Shown here: piece after piece, positions 52,153 through 64,000 of the stretch | Layout: each line of letters opens with the position of its first letter | How positions within the stretch are numbered: the stretch's first letter is position 1 | NCBI RefSeq assembly: GCF_018977255.1 | Contig: NW_024704742.1 | Coordinates: forward strand, 32,986,001-33,050,000 | Origin: Callorhinchus milii | Lineage: Eukaryota | Reading direction: 5' to 3' | Length of the DNA: 64,000 bases | The notes under the pieces: generated by a model | Told to the model about the DNA's origin: nothing | The model's database searches: none | What the model saw: the letters and a program-made list of their open reading frames with translations, nothing else | Program-made: the position numbers and the translations under genes

Positions 52153-52857
52153 AACATGTGGGGTTGCGTTCCGGAGAGCTTGACAGAGCTTAGTAGAAGA
52201 ATGATCTAGAGGTAGTGGGAGCTGATGAAGGTGGTGGAAAAAGTTGAACAAAAACACAAAAAAGAAAGGTCACTTCATTGCTGTTTGTAGAACATTAATA
52301 AGTGCAAATTGGCTGCCATGTTTATCTCCAAATTCACAGAACTTTATAGTAAAATTCCTGTAAGGAACTTGGAGGTATTTTGATGACATGGTACGGTGTT
52401 ATGTTAAATGCAAGGATTATTACTGTTATTATTATTATTGTATTATGTTATTACAGTTTAATTTGCACCATAAAGATTATTTCTAAGTGGTTTTCAGTGA
52501 TAATATTTTTATGATAATATATAATATTATTATTAAATGTCACCGGGTAATGTTTAGACTGAAATAACAGCATGTGGACAATGAATGTGTGAGTGTACAG
52601 GCACATGTTGACAGTACTAGATTACAATGTTCTGAATCTGTTCAACATGGCAGTGAAGCTGTCACATGATTGACTAAAATATGAATTGCTACAAGTATTG
52701 GATGGGTAGAGCCAGGTGAGTTCAGTAATTATTGATTGCTAAATAAGTATGGAGTGTTCATCTGGAGCAATGGCACATTCAGGCCAAGCTTTGATTTGAA
52801 ATTGATGATGATTTTCTTTATTGGAATGCAGAATCTGGCATTGAAAAGGTTTGACAA

Positions 52858-53623
52858 TTCAAGATCCTCATCCTCACCTATGGCCATGGCCATAATAATA
52901 ATAATCCTTGCATTTGATATAGCGCTTTTCATGTTGGGAGGACGTCCCAAAGCGCTTCACAGAACACACTGTAAAGTGAATTGACTGTATATTTGTGGGC
53001 GAACGCGGCAGCCAATTGCGCACAGCAATGTCCCACAAACAGTCGTAGATTGAAAATGACCAATTTATTATTGTTTTTGGAGGGATTATTATTAGGCGTG
53101 TGGAGTAAGGAAACTTGCCCAAGGTTTCGCCCTGCCTGGAATTGAACTCAGGTCTCTCGCTTGCAAAGCGAGTGCTCTAACCACTGAGCTACAGGACTCC
53201 TCTCCATAGGTGAGGCCATTCACGGACTCGCTCCCTCCTACCTCTCCGACCTACTATCCCCCTATCTACCTGCCCGTATCCTCCGTTCCTCTGGCTCCGG
53301 TCTGCTCCACATCCCCCGCCCCAACCGCCCTACCATCGGTGGCCGGGCCTTCAGCCTCTCAGCCCCTAGGCTCTGGAACTCTATCCCCCAGTGCCTTCAT
53401 CTTGCTTCCTCCCTTTCCTCCTTCAAGGCCAGTGTCAAGACCTTTCTCTTTGACCGAGCCTTCAGCTCCCCTCTCAACTCTCTACCCCCTCCTCGACCCC
53501 TCCCTTCCCTCCCCTCACCCTGACCATTCCCCCCGCTTGGGTCCTGACCCAACTGTCCAGCGCTTTGGGACGTCCTCCCAACGTGAAAGGCGCTCTATCA
53601 ATGGAATCTTGTTGTTGTTGTTG
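52858..53623 (+). mobile_element. L2 3' fragment (young subfamily) interrupted by a SINE at 52892-53200
   Basis: Close match to the reverse complement of 48277-48720 on both sides of the SINE; ends atggaatcttgttgttgttg. Confidence 0.92.
52892..53200 (-). mobile_element. Full-length young tRNA-Ala-derived SINE (short variant)
   Basis: Differs from 9680-10000 by about 4 substitutions and 2 small indels. Confidence 0.92.
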
Positions 53624-53684
53624 TACACTGACACACAAGGAAGCACACAAAACAATACAGATAAGTGAAGAACACAATGTTAAT

Positions 53685-54100
53685 AATAATGATAATAATC
53701 CTGGCCTTTGATATATAGTGTTTGTTACATTTCTGTAATGTGTAGTGACTGTTTATTTGTAGGCAAACACAACAGCCAATTAGCATCCAGCAATGTCCTG
53801 CAAACAGCAATGAAGTGAATGACCAATTTTATCTGGAGATTTGTTGGTCAACACATCAGAAGAAGCTCCCTTCTCTTCTTCAATATTGCCATAGAATCTT
53901 TAACTTCCACCTGGACAGGCAGAGTGGACTTCACTGTAACATAATGTCTCTTCCAATGGACATCATCTCCAACGATGCAGGGCTCCCCCAGTTCTGCACT
54001 GGGGTGTTAGCCTAACCTAAAGCCTAGCCTATGAGCTCAAAGCCTCGACGTTGGACTTGAATCTATAATTTCTGACTCAGAAGCAAGAGCCAGGCTGAAA
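53685..54100 (-). mobile_element. Older Deu-domain SINE
   Basis: Same organisation as 38300-38690. Many more partial copies occur across the window (e.g. ~12160, 18020-18360, 25180, 46040, 49880-50760, 55260, 58585). Confidence 0.65.
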
Positions 54101-54356
54101 TCCACTCATGTTAATGTGGCAGACTGGAGACACCTCTTGTCTGTATCTGACTATCCTTAAATATAACACAGATGTGTTGGGTTATAGCTGAACAAGATTT
54201 CACTCAGCACAAAGTCTTCAAATGTTTAACTAGAACCTTGGCTGGCAACCAAAATATGTTTTGGAGATCAGACCAAGCTGTGAGGCAACCACATATTGAA
54301 GAGTGTTTGTGTAAATTAGTCCAGAGTTTTAAATGCTACAAGTAAAAGATCATTAA

Positions 54357-54512
54357 TTTCAAGCCTTTCTACCCCCTCCTCGCTCCCTCGCTTCCCTCTC
54401 GTCATCCTGACCATTTCCCCTCTGCTCGGGTCCTGACCCAACCGTACAGCGCCTTGGGACGTCCTCCCGACGTGAAAGACGCTCTATAAATGGAATCTTG
54501 TTGTTGTTGTTG
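54357..54512 (+). mobile_element. L2 3' UTR fragment (young subfamily)
   Basis: Matches 53460-53623. Confidence 0.85.
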
Positions 54513-57500
54513 TGTAGCATTGCTGTTCGCAAGTTTGCTACCATCTTCTCCTACAAATACAAAGTCACTACACTTTATAGGTAAGTCCTTTAAAGCGCTT
54601 TGAGACATTTTGAAGATGTAATAAGGTACTATAACAAATGTATGATTTATTATTATTAAATTTAATATTTTTCCTACATACCATAGCCACCTTAATCAGG
54701 ACTAGAAAAATCCCCTGGCCTCAATAATTGTAGACATAGGAGGTTGAAACAGAGGAAATGCCAATAATGAAAATGTCAGTCAGAATAGACCTGTGCCATT
54801 TTGGGGAGAGAAAGTGGTTTATGCTGCTGTCATGGCTCTTGTCTACAGATGATCTGATTTCTTTATTCTGATTTTTATCATTTTTGTTTTTGGCACACAA
54901 TATTTCAGTTACCTCTAACACCACAGGATGTCTTAGTAGCCATCTGGTCGATGGCTAATCTCAGTCTGAAGATCAGCCATTTCAAGTGGAGGAATGATTC
55001 CCAAAGTACATGGATGCAATTCCAATGAGATTTATGGTGTCCTACTTCCTAATTGGATGAGCAGGCATCTGTTGGGATGCGGTTCCCAGGGACGATAGTT
55101 AACGTGAAATGAAATTTCTGGACTGATGAATCTCTGATTCCCCAGAAAAAGCAAAACCTGAGCTCTCTGAGCTGAGGCAGTTAAATACTATTTGAGCTCC
55201 TCTTGCATATCAGTATGTTCCCTATATTTGTCATTCAGTGATCGTGAAACATGATTTTGATGTAATAGTAATAATAATCCTAAAATTTGATATAGCGCCT
55301 TATCACATCTTCGAGAAATCTAAAAGTGCTTCACAGAATATACTGTAAAATGAATTGATTGTATATTTTTTGTGGGCGAAATGCGGCAGCCAATTGTGCA
55401 CAGCAGTGTCCCACAAACAGTCGTGGTTTGAAGTGACCAATTGTTTTTTATATATGATAAAACTGGAGATAAATGTCATCTAAATACTCCCCATTGATTG
55501 TGCTATTATCTTACAGTAGAATCCAAGAATGCCATCAACAACACTGTTCTCCATAGAACTCTCAGAATAAAACAGGAATGTTTAGTTCAACGCCTTCCTG
55601 AGGTTGCAGCGCTAGCAATGAATTCTCCCTTCACTATGTACTGAGATGATTTATCCTTTGAATTCAAAAGGTGTCCATGAGTTGCAGGTTTGGAGAATTT
55701 GTTTTACTGCAGTATTTTTCAGAACTTGGATGAGCCATGTTACAGCTGCATCATAAAGTCACACTGTTATTTTTAAAAAAAATGTTTAATTAATCATGAA
55801 AAATGACGCAGTAACTTGAAAGTTAATTCCAACAAAAGCAAGCTGCACCTTGGTCATTGCCAGGCAAGAGACTACAGCATTGTTGTCATACTGATCTGGT
55901 TCTGAACATCAATGATTCCAGATTTTACTTATTTGTATTAAGAGAAAAGAAAATGTGTCACATCAGGCTGTTTCTCCCTCCACCTCCAGTCTTTTATTTC
56001 ACTCCACGGGAGGCCATTCATCATTAAATCAGATGTAAACACTAACAAGGCAATAATCTATTCTCTGCTCTCAGTCTGGCAGTAATACCATTGCCAGTAA
56101 ATTAAGCAGCCCAGTCAAATTAAAGCTGAAATAATGCAAATGAATCAGCTTAATGACTGAGAGATTTTCTCTACTTGCTCTTTATCAATGAATGTGACAT
56201 TGTTCCTACAGGCAATGAAAGCACAAAAAATGGAATTGCTTTGCGGGTCATTGAAAAGCAACTGACTATCAGAAGCTTGCCTCCCAACACCTGCAGAGCA
56301 TATGCAAGGCTCGACATAAATTGCATAGTAAATAAATGTGTTTTTCTCCAAAAGGTGGAGGAGTGCCAGGAAGTGTGCTGCAAGTATCCGCATCATATAA
56401 AAAGAACAGTGAGGGAGATCATCTCCTGTAACACGTAAGTAGGACATGCTGTGCAAAAATGAATCATCAACCATAATGGTGCTGTCCAGGGCTGAGAAAA
56501 GAGTTGCTGAGCTCTTTGGCACAGATTGTGAGCGAGAAAGAGAGAGCAGTGGACCTGCTCCAGTAACCTAAATGATGGTGTCAAATCTGTTCACTTAAAG
56601 GAAGATTTATAAAAAACATGGAAGCTTAATTATTTATCCATTTCAGCGGTGGTCTTAGGCACAGTTGTATTTCTTTTCAAAGAAGTATTGATTGGCCAGC
56701 CTATAGAGATTAACCTGTGCCACTTAATAATTTCAGATGAATACGAGAGACGTAATAGAATTGAAGAGACGCACTTGGACACAAAATCTTAAAATTGTAT
56801 ATAGGTCAGTTCTTTCCTCCAAGCTCCTTGGAGATAAAAGTATAAAAAGCGTCCAATAAGAGAAGGATGTTGATACCCTGTTTTTATTTGTTTTTGCACC
56901 ATGATGATCAACAATAAACCTGCTCCGATAAGATTTATTGAGGATGAGTCATTGATAATTCCTGTGTTCACATTGGTAAGACTCAGTTTAATTGCATGCT
57001 GTATGAGCAGCAGTACTGTCTTATAGGTGCACAACAGGACTCAGAGGTTTACCAAAATAACAGCTGTTACAAGGCCTTATAATTCATGACTGGATGTGCT
57101 ACTCTTTCTGTAAAATCTCCATTGAAGCTTCCTACAGTTGAGTTCCAGAGTTTGCCTGGTCAGCAACACTGGCACCCTGGTCTAAGGCCCACTGGACTGA
57201 AGCTAACCCTAGTGTTTCTGAGCATCTCTGCTGATCTCTCTGCTCATAGCTCATCTTTGATTATTGAAGTGAGTCAAAGGCATTCTTGGGAACTTTTGTT
57301 GATACCAGGCCAGTAAAAGGGAAAAAGAACTCAACATTTTTATTTTTATTTTGACGAGTTCCTCCATTCACTTTCCTACTTCAGGGTAAAATTATTAAAC
57401 AGTAGGGTCCAATGTGCACTATTTCTTAATGTGATGATTTAATAAGGAATTATCATCAATCCTTAGAATTTCTGTTCTGGAAATAGATTATGCATGAGCA

Positions 57501-57954
57501 GAGTTCCCATGGGTCAGTGTGACATATGCCATGTAATTGGAAAGAGACTCCATTTGCACGATTCAGGATTCTTCATTAAAAATCCCATTAAGAAATACTG
57601 TAAATTAAGTGCCAGCGTAGTTGAATGCCACAGCATTAGGCATAAACACCACAAATTGATGGGTGTATCTGTTTTCTACCACAACATTTCTTGAGTAACT
57701 CCTTTATTTTATTTTGGGGTTTCATGATGGAGTAGTTATGTGGTGATAACAAAAAAATGGTCATTTGCTTCATGGCTGTTTGTTGGACATTGCCATGGTC
57801 AAATTGGTTGACGCATTTGGCCAAAAAATACTTACCAATTGTAAGTTTTTTTTAAAATTCATTCTAATGATTTTTCTGTTGAAATTTCTCTCCTGTTGCG
57901 TTTATTATTCATACATTTACAGAACATCACACCGTATAAACATTATTTTCAAAC

Positions 57955-58140
57955 TTTTCATCCAGGCTCTGACCAAGATCACTTTCTTCATCTCCACAGT
58001 ATTGTCTGCCTCTACCACTACCACATCCCAAATGCAACCAAAACCTTCAACTACAGCTCACCACACCTACAGATTTGACTTTTCTAAAGTCCTACTCAAT
58101 AGTCTCTGGAGCTCTAGCTTCCATAAACCCAGATTGCAGG
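57955..58140 (+). mobile_element. Old L2 ORF2 fragment
   Basis: IQALTKITFF...RFDFSKVLLNSLWSSSFHK parallels the L2 at ~7535-7710. Confidence 0.55.
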
Positions 58141-59276
58141 AAGCAGGATGATAAACACAGGAAGCCGGCCGGTCAGTTGAGGAAGTCGGTCGGTGGAGGA
58201 GTGTTTACTGAAGTATTGTATCATATCTTACAGTCAGAAAGTAAAAGGCTGCATGTGGCCAGGAATAAAAGAGATCTCTAACTAAATGAAAAATAAGTAG
58301 CATTTTGAATTCTAAAGGGCTACAGGGAGAAACTGTTCTCCAGATCACATAGTACATTCTCCTACCTCCCCCCAATATATTCACCAAATTTTCAAGCTGA
58401 GCCTTGAATAGCCTTAGGCCTTTCTATCAGGAGGAATAGTGAAGTATCACTGGACCCATGTCAATTAGATTTGCTTTCCCTGGAATCATTATCAAATTGT
58501 TATCATTGTGCAGCTGTAGCACCATTACAGCACCTCTCTGCAAACACTTTTATGATACCCTAGTGATACAAGCTCAACTTAATAATCACCTTTAAATTTG
58601 TAATATAGCCTCTCGCATAGGAAGGATGTCTCAAAACACTTCACAGGATATACTGTAATCTATAATCACTGTGTATTTTGTAGGCGAACACAGCAGCCAG
58701 TTTCTACATAGCAATATCCCATACACAGTCATTACGTGAATGCCAAATTGTATTGGGGGATTGTTGGCCAGGTTACCAGGGGAAACTCCCTTCTCTTTTT
58801 GAATAGAGCTGTGGGATCTTTTGTATCTTATGGGGACCTTGGTTTAACATCTCATCCGAAGAATGGCACCTCTAATAATGCAACACCTGCTCAGCAGTAC
58901 GTTACAATGTCAGCCGAGACTATGTGAACTTGAAATTACATATTATCATTTTTTTACATTGGAATTTACTGTTGAAAACTGTATGTTTAGTCCTGCAAGT
59001 GATACAATAGCAACTTGAATTTACAAAGTCTTTTACATATCATGAATACCCAGAAAAGCTTAGTGCTTAATGTAACTTACTGGATAACATGTATGGTTTT
59101 ATCACCAGAATCCAGGTATGTAATTATACTTTCCACTTTACAACTACACTACACTTTACAATAAGTCCAGTAAGGTATTTTGACGCGAAAGAATGCAACT
59201 TTTTTATATTATAAGATGACAATGGAAATGGATCTGGAGCCTGATTTCCGAGTGTTATTTTAAGCTAAGCTTCATA

Positions 59277-59545
59277 TTCATAGAATCATAGAAATTTACA
59301 GCATATAAGGGGCAATTTAGGGTTCCATAGAGTCTGCACTGGCTCTTGGAGGAATCTATCCATTCAATCCCACTATCCTGACCATACCCCTCCAAGCCTC
59401 TATCTTTCATGTACCTGAATTCATCCCTCTTGGAACACACAATGGACTCTGCCTCTGTCACTTTAGTAGGGAATTCCAAATCCCAACAACTCTATGAGTG
59501 AAAAAAATTCTCCAAAGCTCTTTCATAAAATCTATGTCACCCCCT
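59277..59545 (-). mobile_element. Old CR1 3' fragment
   Basis: catagaatcatagaaatttacagc tail plus residual ORF2 similarity (EFPTKVTEAES). Confidence 0.65.
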
Positions 59546-62500
59546 AATCACTAGTTACCCTACCAGTGTATTAGTTGAGGTGTGGTAGGTAACACGCCTT
59601 AGAAGCAAAATAATGGATTCACTGATAGATGTAACTTAGGTGTAACTCCAGACTCAAGGACAGTATTTCACCACAACTTTCTGTGGGTTCATCTCGCATG
59701 TGGCTCTCCTCCAGGCAATCATTGTTTGCCTTCATGATATCAGTATTTAAAATAATAATGTGTTTTGTATTTAGTTTAGCTCTTTAGGGTGATATTCAAG
59801 TAATAAAGCTATCTTAATGCCTGAGTGGATTTGTTAGTGTAATGTTAGTGATCATTCCAGTTTCCCATCGTGAGAAATAAATATTACGATACCCGTTGAC
59901 CCACAGAAGCACACCTGCCAACACTCGGAGAGTTCAACAACAGAACATTAGTTGAATTTATTCAAATGTTCCACTCTACCAGATGGAAATAAGGCAACTG
60001 ACCTATGCAAATAAATATGTTACGCTGCTACCTCCATGAAAGAGGAAATTGGTGCCAAAAGACAAAGTAATCTTATATATATAATATACACTAATGAAAC
60101 AACAATGTCTGTGTGTATACCAACCAAGATCTCAATAACCGATTGATGTAGAGACATGATTTATGCCTCATCGGAAAGGCCTTGCATTTGGGAGTGTCAT
60201 GGGCATATTTTGCATTTTTTCACACATGTATGGCCGTTTTGCACAACAGTTACACCTGGTGGCCACACTAACTCTCAGTGGCGCTGTGGCATTGTACATC
60301 ACAGTGCACATACGTACATACTCACGCACTCAGACAAAGCCATTTGGCCCTCCTGCTTCATGTCCCCTGCTCTGCCCACTCCACCATTGTTAGTTAGGCT
60401 TCCAGCGTATCTGCCCCTACTCTCCGGAGCTCCGTTCAATTCGCCCCTTCCTTTGCCTCATTTAAGGTCCACCTCAAGTACTTCCTCTTTGCTTTTTAAC
60501 TCGTCTCATCACATCAAACACATGATTAAAATCCTCAACTATCACCCCACAGTGAACCCTTAGACACTGGCCAGTGCAGCAGGAAAATAATTTCATTGGA
60601 CCTGCCTGAGGATTCAATTTGATAATTTCTATTGCAGAGAACAACACTCCAACAAGAAATCTAAAGGCAGAAAAGTTCCAAAACCTATTCTGTTGTACAT
60701 ATCGTACTTTTAGTCACTCATAAATAGAAATATGATAGTAATATTTACAGTATTCCACAACAAAATTTAAGTATGCCACAACAGATTGCCAATTTTTTTT
60801 TAATGAAGTCTTGCAAATCACATCCACATTTGTTCCTTTTCCATAATGATTTGCTGTATACATTTTTTTTATTTTAACTTCTTGAATAATTGTATTAAAA
60901 AAGTCTTCAGCCCTATGTCAGAATCACATTTCCACAGATAATCCTTCCAGATCCAGTTACTCCGTGTGGCGTCTGAGAACCCATCAGTCTCTAATGAGAA
61001 GCATGAATATAACCCTTTACGTAATGTGGAAATCTCTGCCACTGTCATTTGTTGGGGCAGAAACCCTGTGCATATTAAGAAAAAAGAGACTGGACAGAAG
61101 TTGGGGGAGAAATAAAGTTGAAGGATATCGAGAAAGGGACGGAATATGTGACCAGGGATAGGATCTAGGATGGGCACTCTTGTGGAGTATAAGCACCATC
61201 CAAATGGCCTCCTTCTGAATTGTACTTTCTATGAATCTATGATGAAGATGACAAAATGTATGACATGAGGGAGTGCAGCACAATCTATTTATGAGGACAT
61301 AGGTTCCACACCTTATACTATGCTGTTGAGCCTCAAGGAGACTTCATGCCCATAGCACAACCCTGCACTAGTCTAAGCATAAAATAGCACAATACTAGCC
61401 TGAAATTTGACTTTCCAAAGGCTTGGGATACCTCAGTTACAATGCACAGGCCCTGACTCTTGATATAAGCACTATACATCCAGAACACATTAAAAGGGGC
61501 ATTATTTAGCTGGAGAGATTTATATGCTAATTTGACTATGTGATTTATTCTCATTCGTTGTCCAGTGCTTTTTTTTCTTGTCTCCCCTCTGATCATTCTC
61601 CTTCATCCAACAATTTGAAATCTGCTGGATGCTGTCTGTTTTATTCTGCTGTGGTTTATCTTGGTAGCATTTCTGAAACTCCTTTCTCCTGCACTGCTGA
61701 CAATAGGCAAAACCAACCTTCTCCCTGGCCAGAAGTTAGATTTTTACCAATTGAGGAGGAGGTGGGACCAAGGTCTGAGGCTTTGGGGCTAATCGGGAAA
61801 TGGTCTTCTTTTTGACCTCAACTAGAATGTGCATTCAAATGTCTGATACAATTTGTAACCTTGCCCCCAAATCAACAAAGAACTCACACTATGTTCATTC
61901 ATCTTTCATTATCTATAAAAAGATGAATTACAGATATTGGGTAAAATGAACCTAGGTTGGGCCTAACTGGTGTTCGAAAAATAATGATCTAAGATCACTT
62001 ACTTACACACGTAATGAGGCAAGTTAGTTCATTTGACTTAATCTACAAATAGCTCCAGTGTATTCGGTTTAGGGAACAAGCTGGGAATCAACAGTAGGGT
62101 CTGAGTAGTGTTAGCCCTCAAATAATAAATCAGAGTTTAGATAATAATAATAATTCTTGCATGTACAGTGCCAAGGAAGAATCTTTGCACATTACAATCC
62201 TGTCAATATGAGCTTTCGACAACATTTACTAAGTACATGCAACATAAGGTTAGACTTGTCTTTTGGTGTTTGTACAATCAGCATCCCTTCAAAATATGCT
62301 TAAATCATTAAGCTTTGTTTTATTTGAGTGCAAAGTCCTTTTTCCTCATTGAATCATTTGACTAGTATATGCATATACTCTCCACATTTATAGACAGAAC
62401 AATCACTTACATCATTTTCACTGGTTTGAAAACAAAGCTCCAAAGCAGCTTGATGGATGAGTAAATTGCTAAGCAAATACTACACGTCTGTACCATACAT

Positions 62501-64000
62501 GTGTAAATGAATAATAACATCAGACAAGAAGATCAATCTTTGTTATATTTTAAGTACAGCAGCTCCCTAGGTTAGTAAACAGTGGGCATTATTCTCCACA
62601 TGTCGGTGAATATTTTCTTCTTGTCCATAAACACCTGGATGTAAAGGCATTTTCTCTCTATTAGCGCACATCACTAAGGTTGATAAATGGTACCCACAAG
62701 TGTAAGAACACTCAATTCCTTATGGAATTTACCACAGAATACAAAGGTACAGGATTGACCAATGGGTGTTTTAACAAGTCACTCAGTGTATGCAGAACAG
62801 TGATTGAAATAATAAACCAATAGAATTAGTATCTTAATAGGAAGATTTCAAAAGAACCAAGGGGATTTGTAATTTACATCAATATTTCCAGCGAGTATTA
62901 AACCACACTGGTCCTGCTGTTTTCAATACCACTATTGGAGAATTTGAGTTTACAGCCATCAAGTGTTGATTTACTCTTTCAGCAAAGAAATTAATTATTA
63001 TTTGCTTGGGAGGTTAAAAGGATACGTGTACACTGAAATGAACAAAAAATCTATGGACACATTCTTTCTGTGCTGTGAGAGTCTAGGGACAGAATACTAT
63101 CTGTGGAGAGAGGAAAGTCAACACATTGAATAGTGGAGAAGTGAGGAAGGTTGATTATTCCAGTGTTTTTTCTTGACTATATTTGAAAAACACAGAATAA
63201 TGTAGAACTTCTCCCCAGGAAGCAGAATCCGCAATTGAGTAGGATTTAAAGAACTTTGGAGGAAATGGCTAGATGGTTGAGTAGACTTTTCTCATTCCAC
63301 TGTTTCTTATAATTGCCAAAATAGCAAGGTAATAACCTCCACACTGTCACCAGGGGGAGGTGCTGAGCAAAAGCCAGGCATTCTCTGCAGCAAGAGAGAA
63401 AATTGGAGGATCATTCAAAGAAGTGATTCAGATCAATGTTGGCAGAGGCCTGGAAGCAAGTTTCCTGGATTTGGCTGCTGAACAAAGTCTGATGAATCTA
63501 AGAGATGGAGAGAGAATAAAATCAAATTTTAACCACAGGGTGAAAGATGAACAGTATTGGAAACAAATACAGTAAATTATTTACTTCCCTTTAATCTGAT
63601 ATTGTGCACATTTCTATTTCTGCTAGAAATCAATTATTCTTCAGACTGTGTGTGTACTGTTGGAATTTTTATTGTTTCGTGCAAAATAATTGGTGTTCAT
63701 GGGGTGGGGGGCCTAATATGTTACATGACCATCAGTGTGACAACTGGAGTCTAATCCAAGCTTCAGTGTCCCCTATCACCATTTAACATTTTAAGGCTTG
63801 TTTTAATCTCTTCGAGCTTTCTTCAGTTAGTCACAGAGGACTTTTATTGCATCCTTATTGAATACAGTACTATACTTGTTTTTATTTTCCACACATCTCT
63901 AAAAGTTTTTTTTACTTATGTTGACATTTTCATGAGGTTGGAGTGGAGTTGGGAGGTGGGGGGGAGAAGAGTCACAGAGTCATTGATGCTTGGGGGCCAG

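Overview
Repeat-rich vertebrate genomic DNA. The CR1, L2 and Deu-type tRNA-SINE content suggests a cartilaginous fish, possibly a chimaera (inference). I can support only one protein-coding gene: a two-exon ARSI/ARSJ-family arylsulfatase on the + strand (exon 1 CDS 11144-11433, 12,004-bp phase-2 intron, exon 2 CDS 23438-24809; 553 aa; CSPSR formylglycine motif) in a CpG/G-rich promoter region. Its residues mix ARSI-type and ARSJ-type states, and its donor (CCG|GTAGAGTAT) matches U1 fully only with a one-base bulge. The rest is mostly retroposons: two L2 subfamilies, CR1 3' ends, a young composite tRNA-Ala SINE sharing its tail with the young L2, older Deu SINEs, RTE remnants and palindromic MITEs. 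The most unusual element is a decayed non-CR1/non-L2 LINE at ~2.6-3.9 kb. Its RT motifs are visible only across frameshifts, and its 3' end recurs at 8 loci, all on the + strand. Repeat boundaries are by eye and approximate; protein and repeat comparisons are from memory, not from searches.
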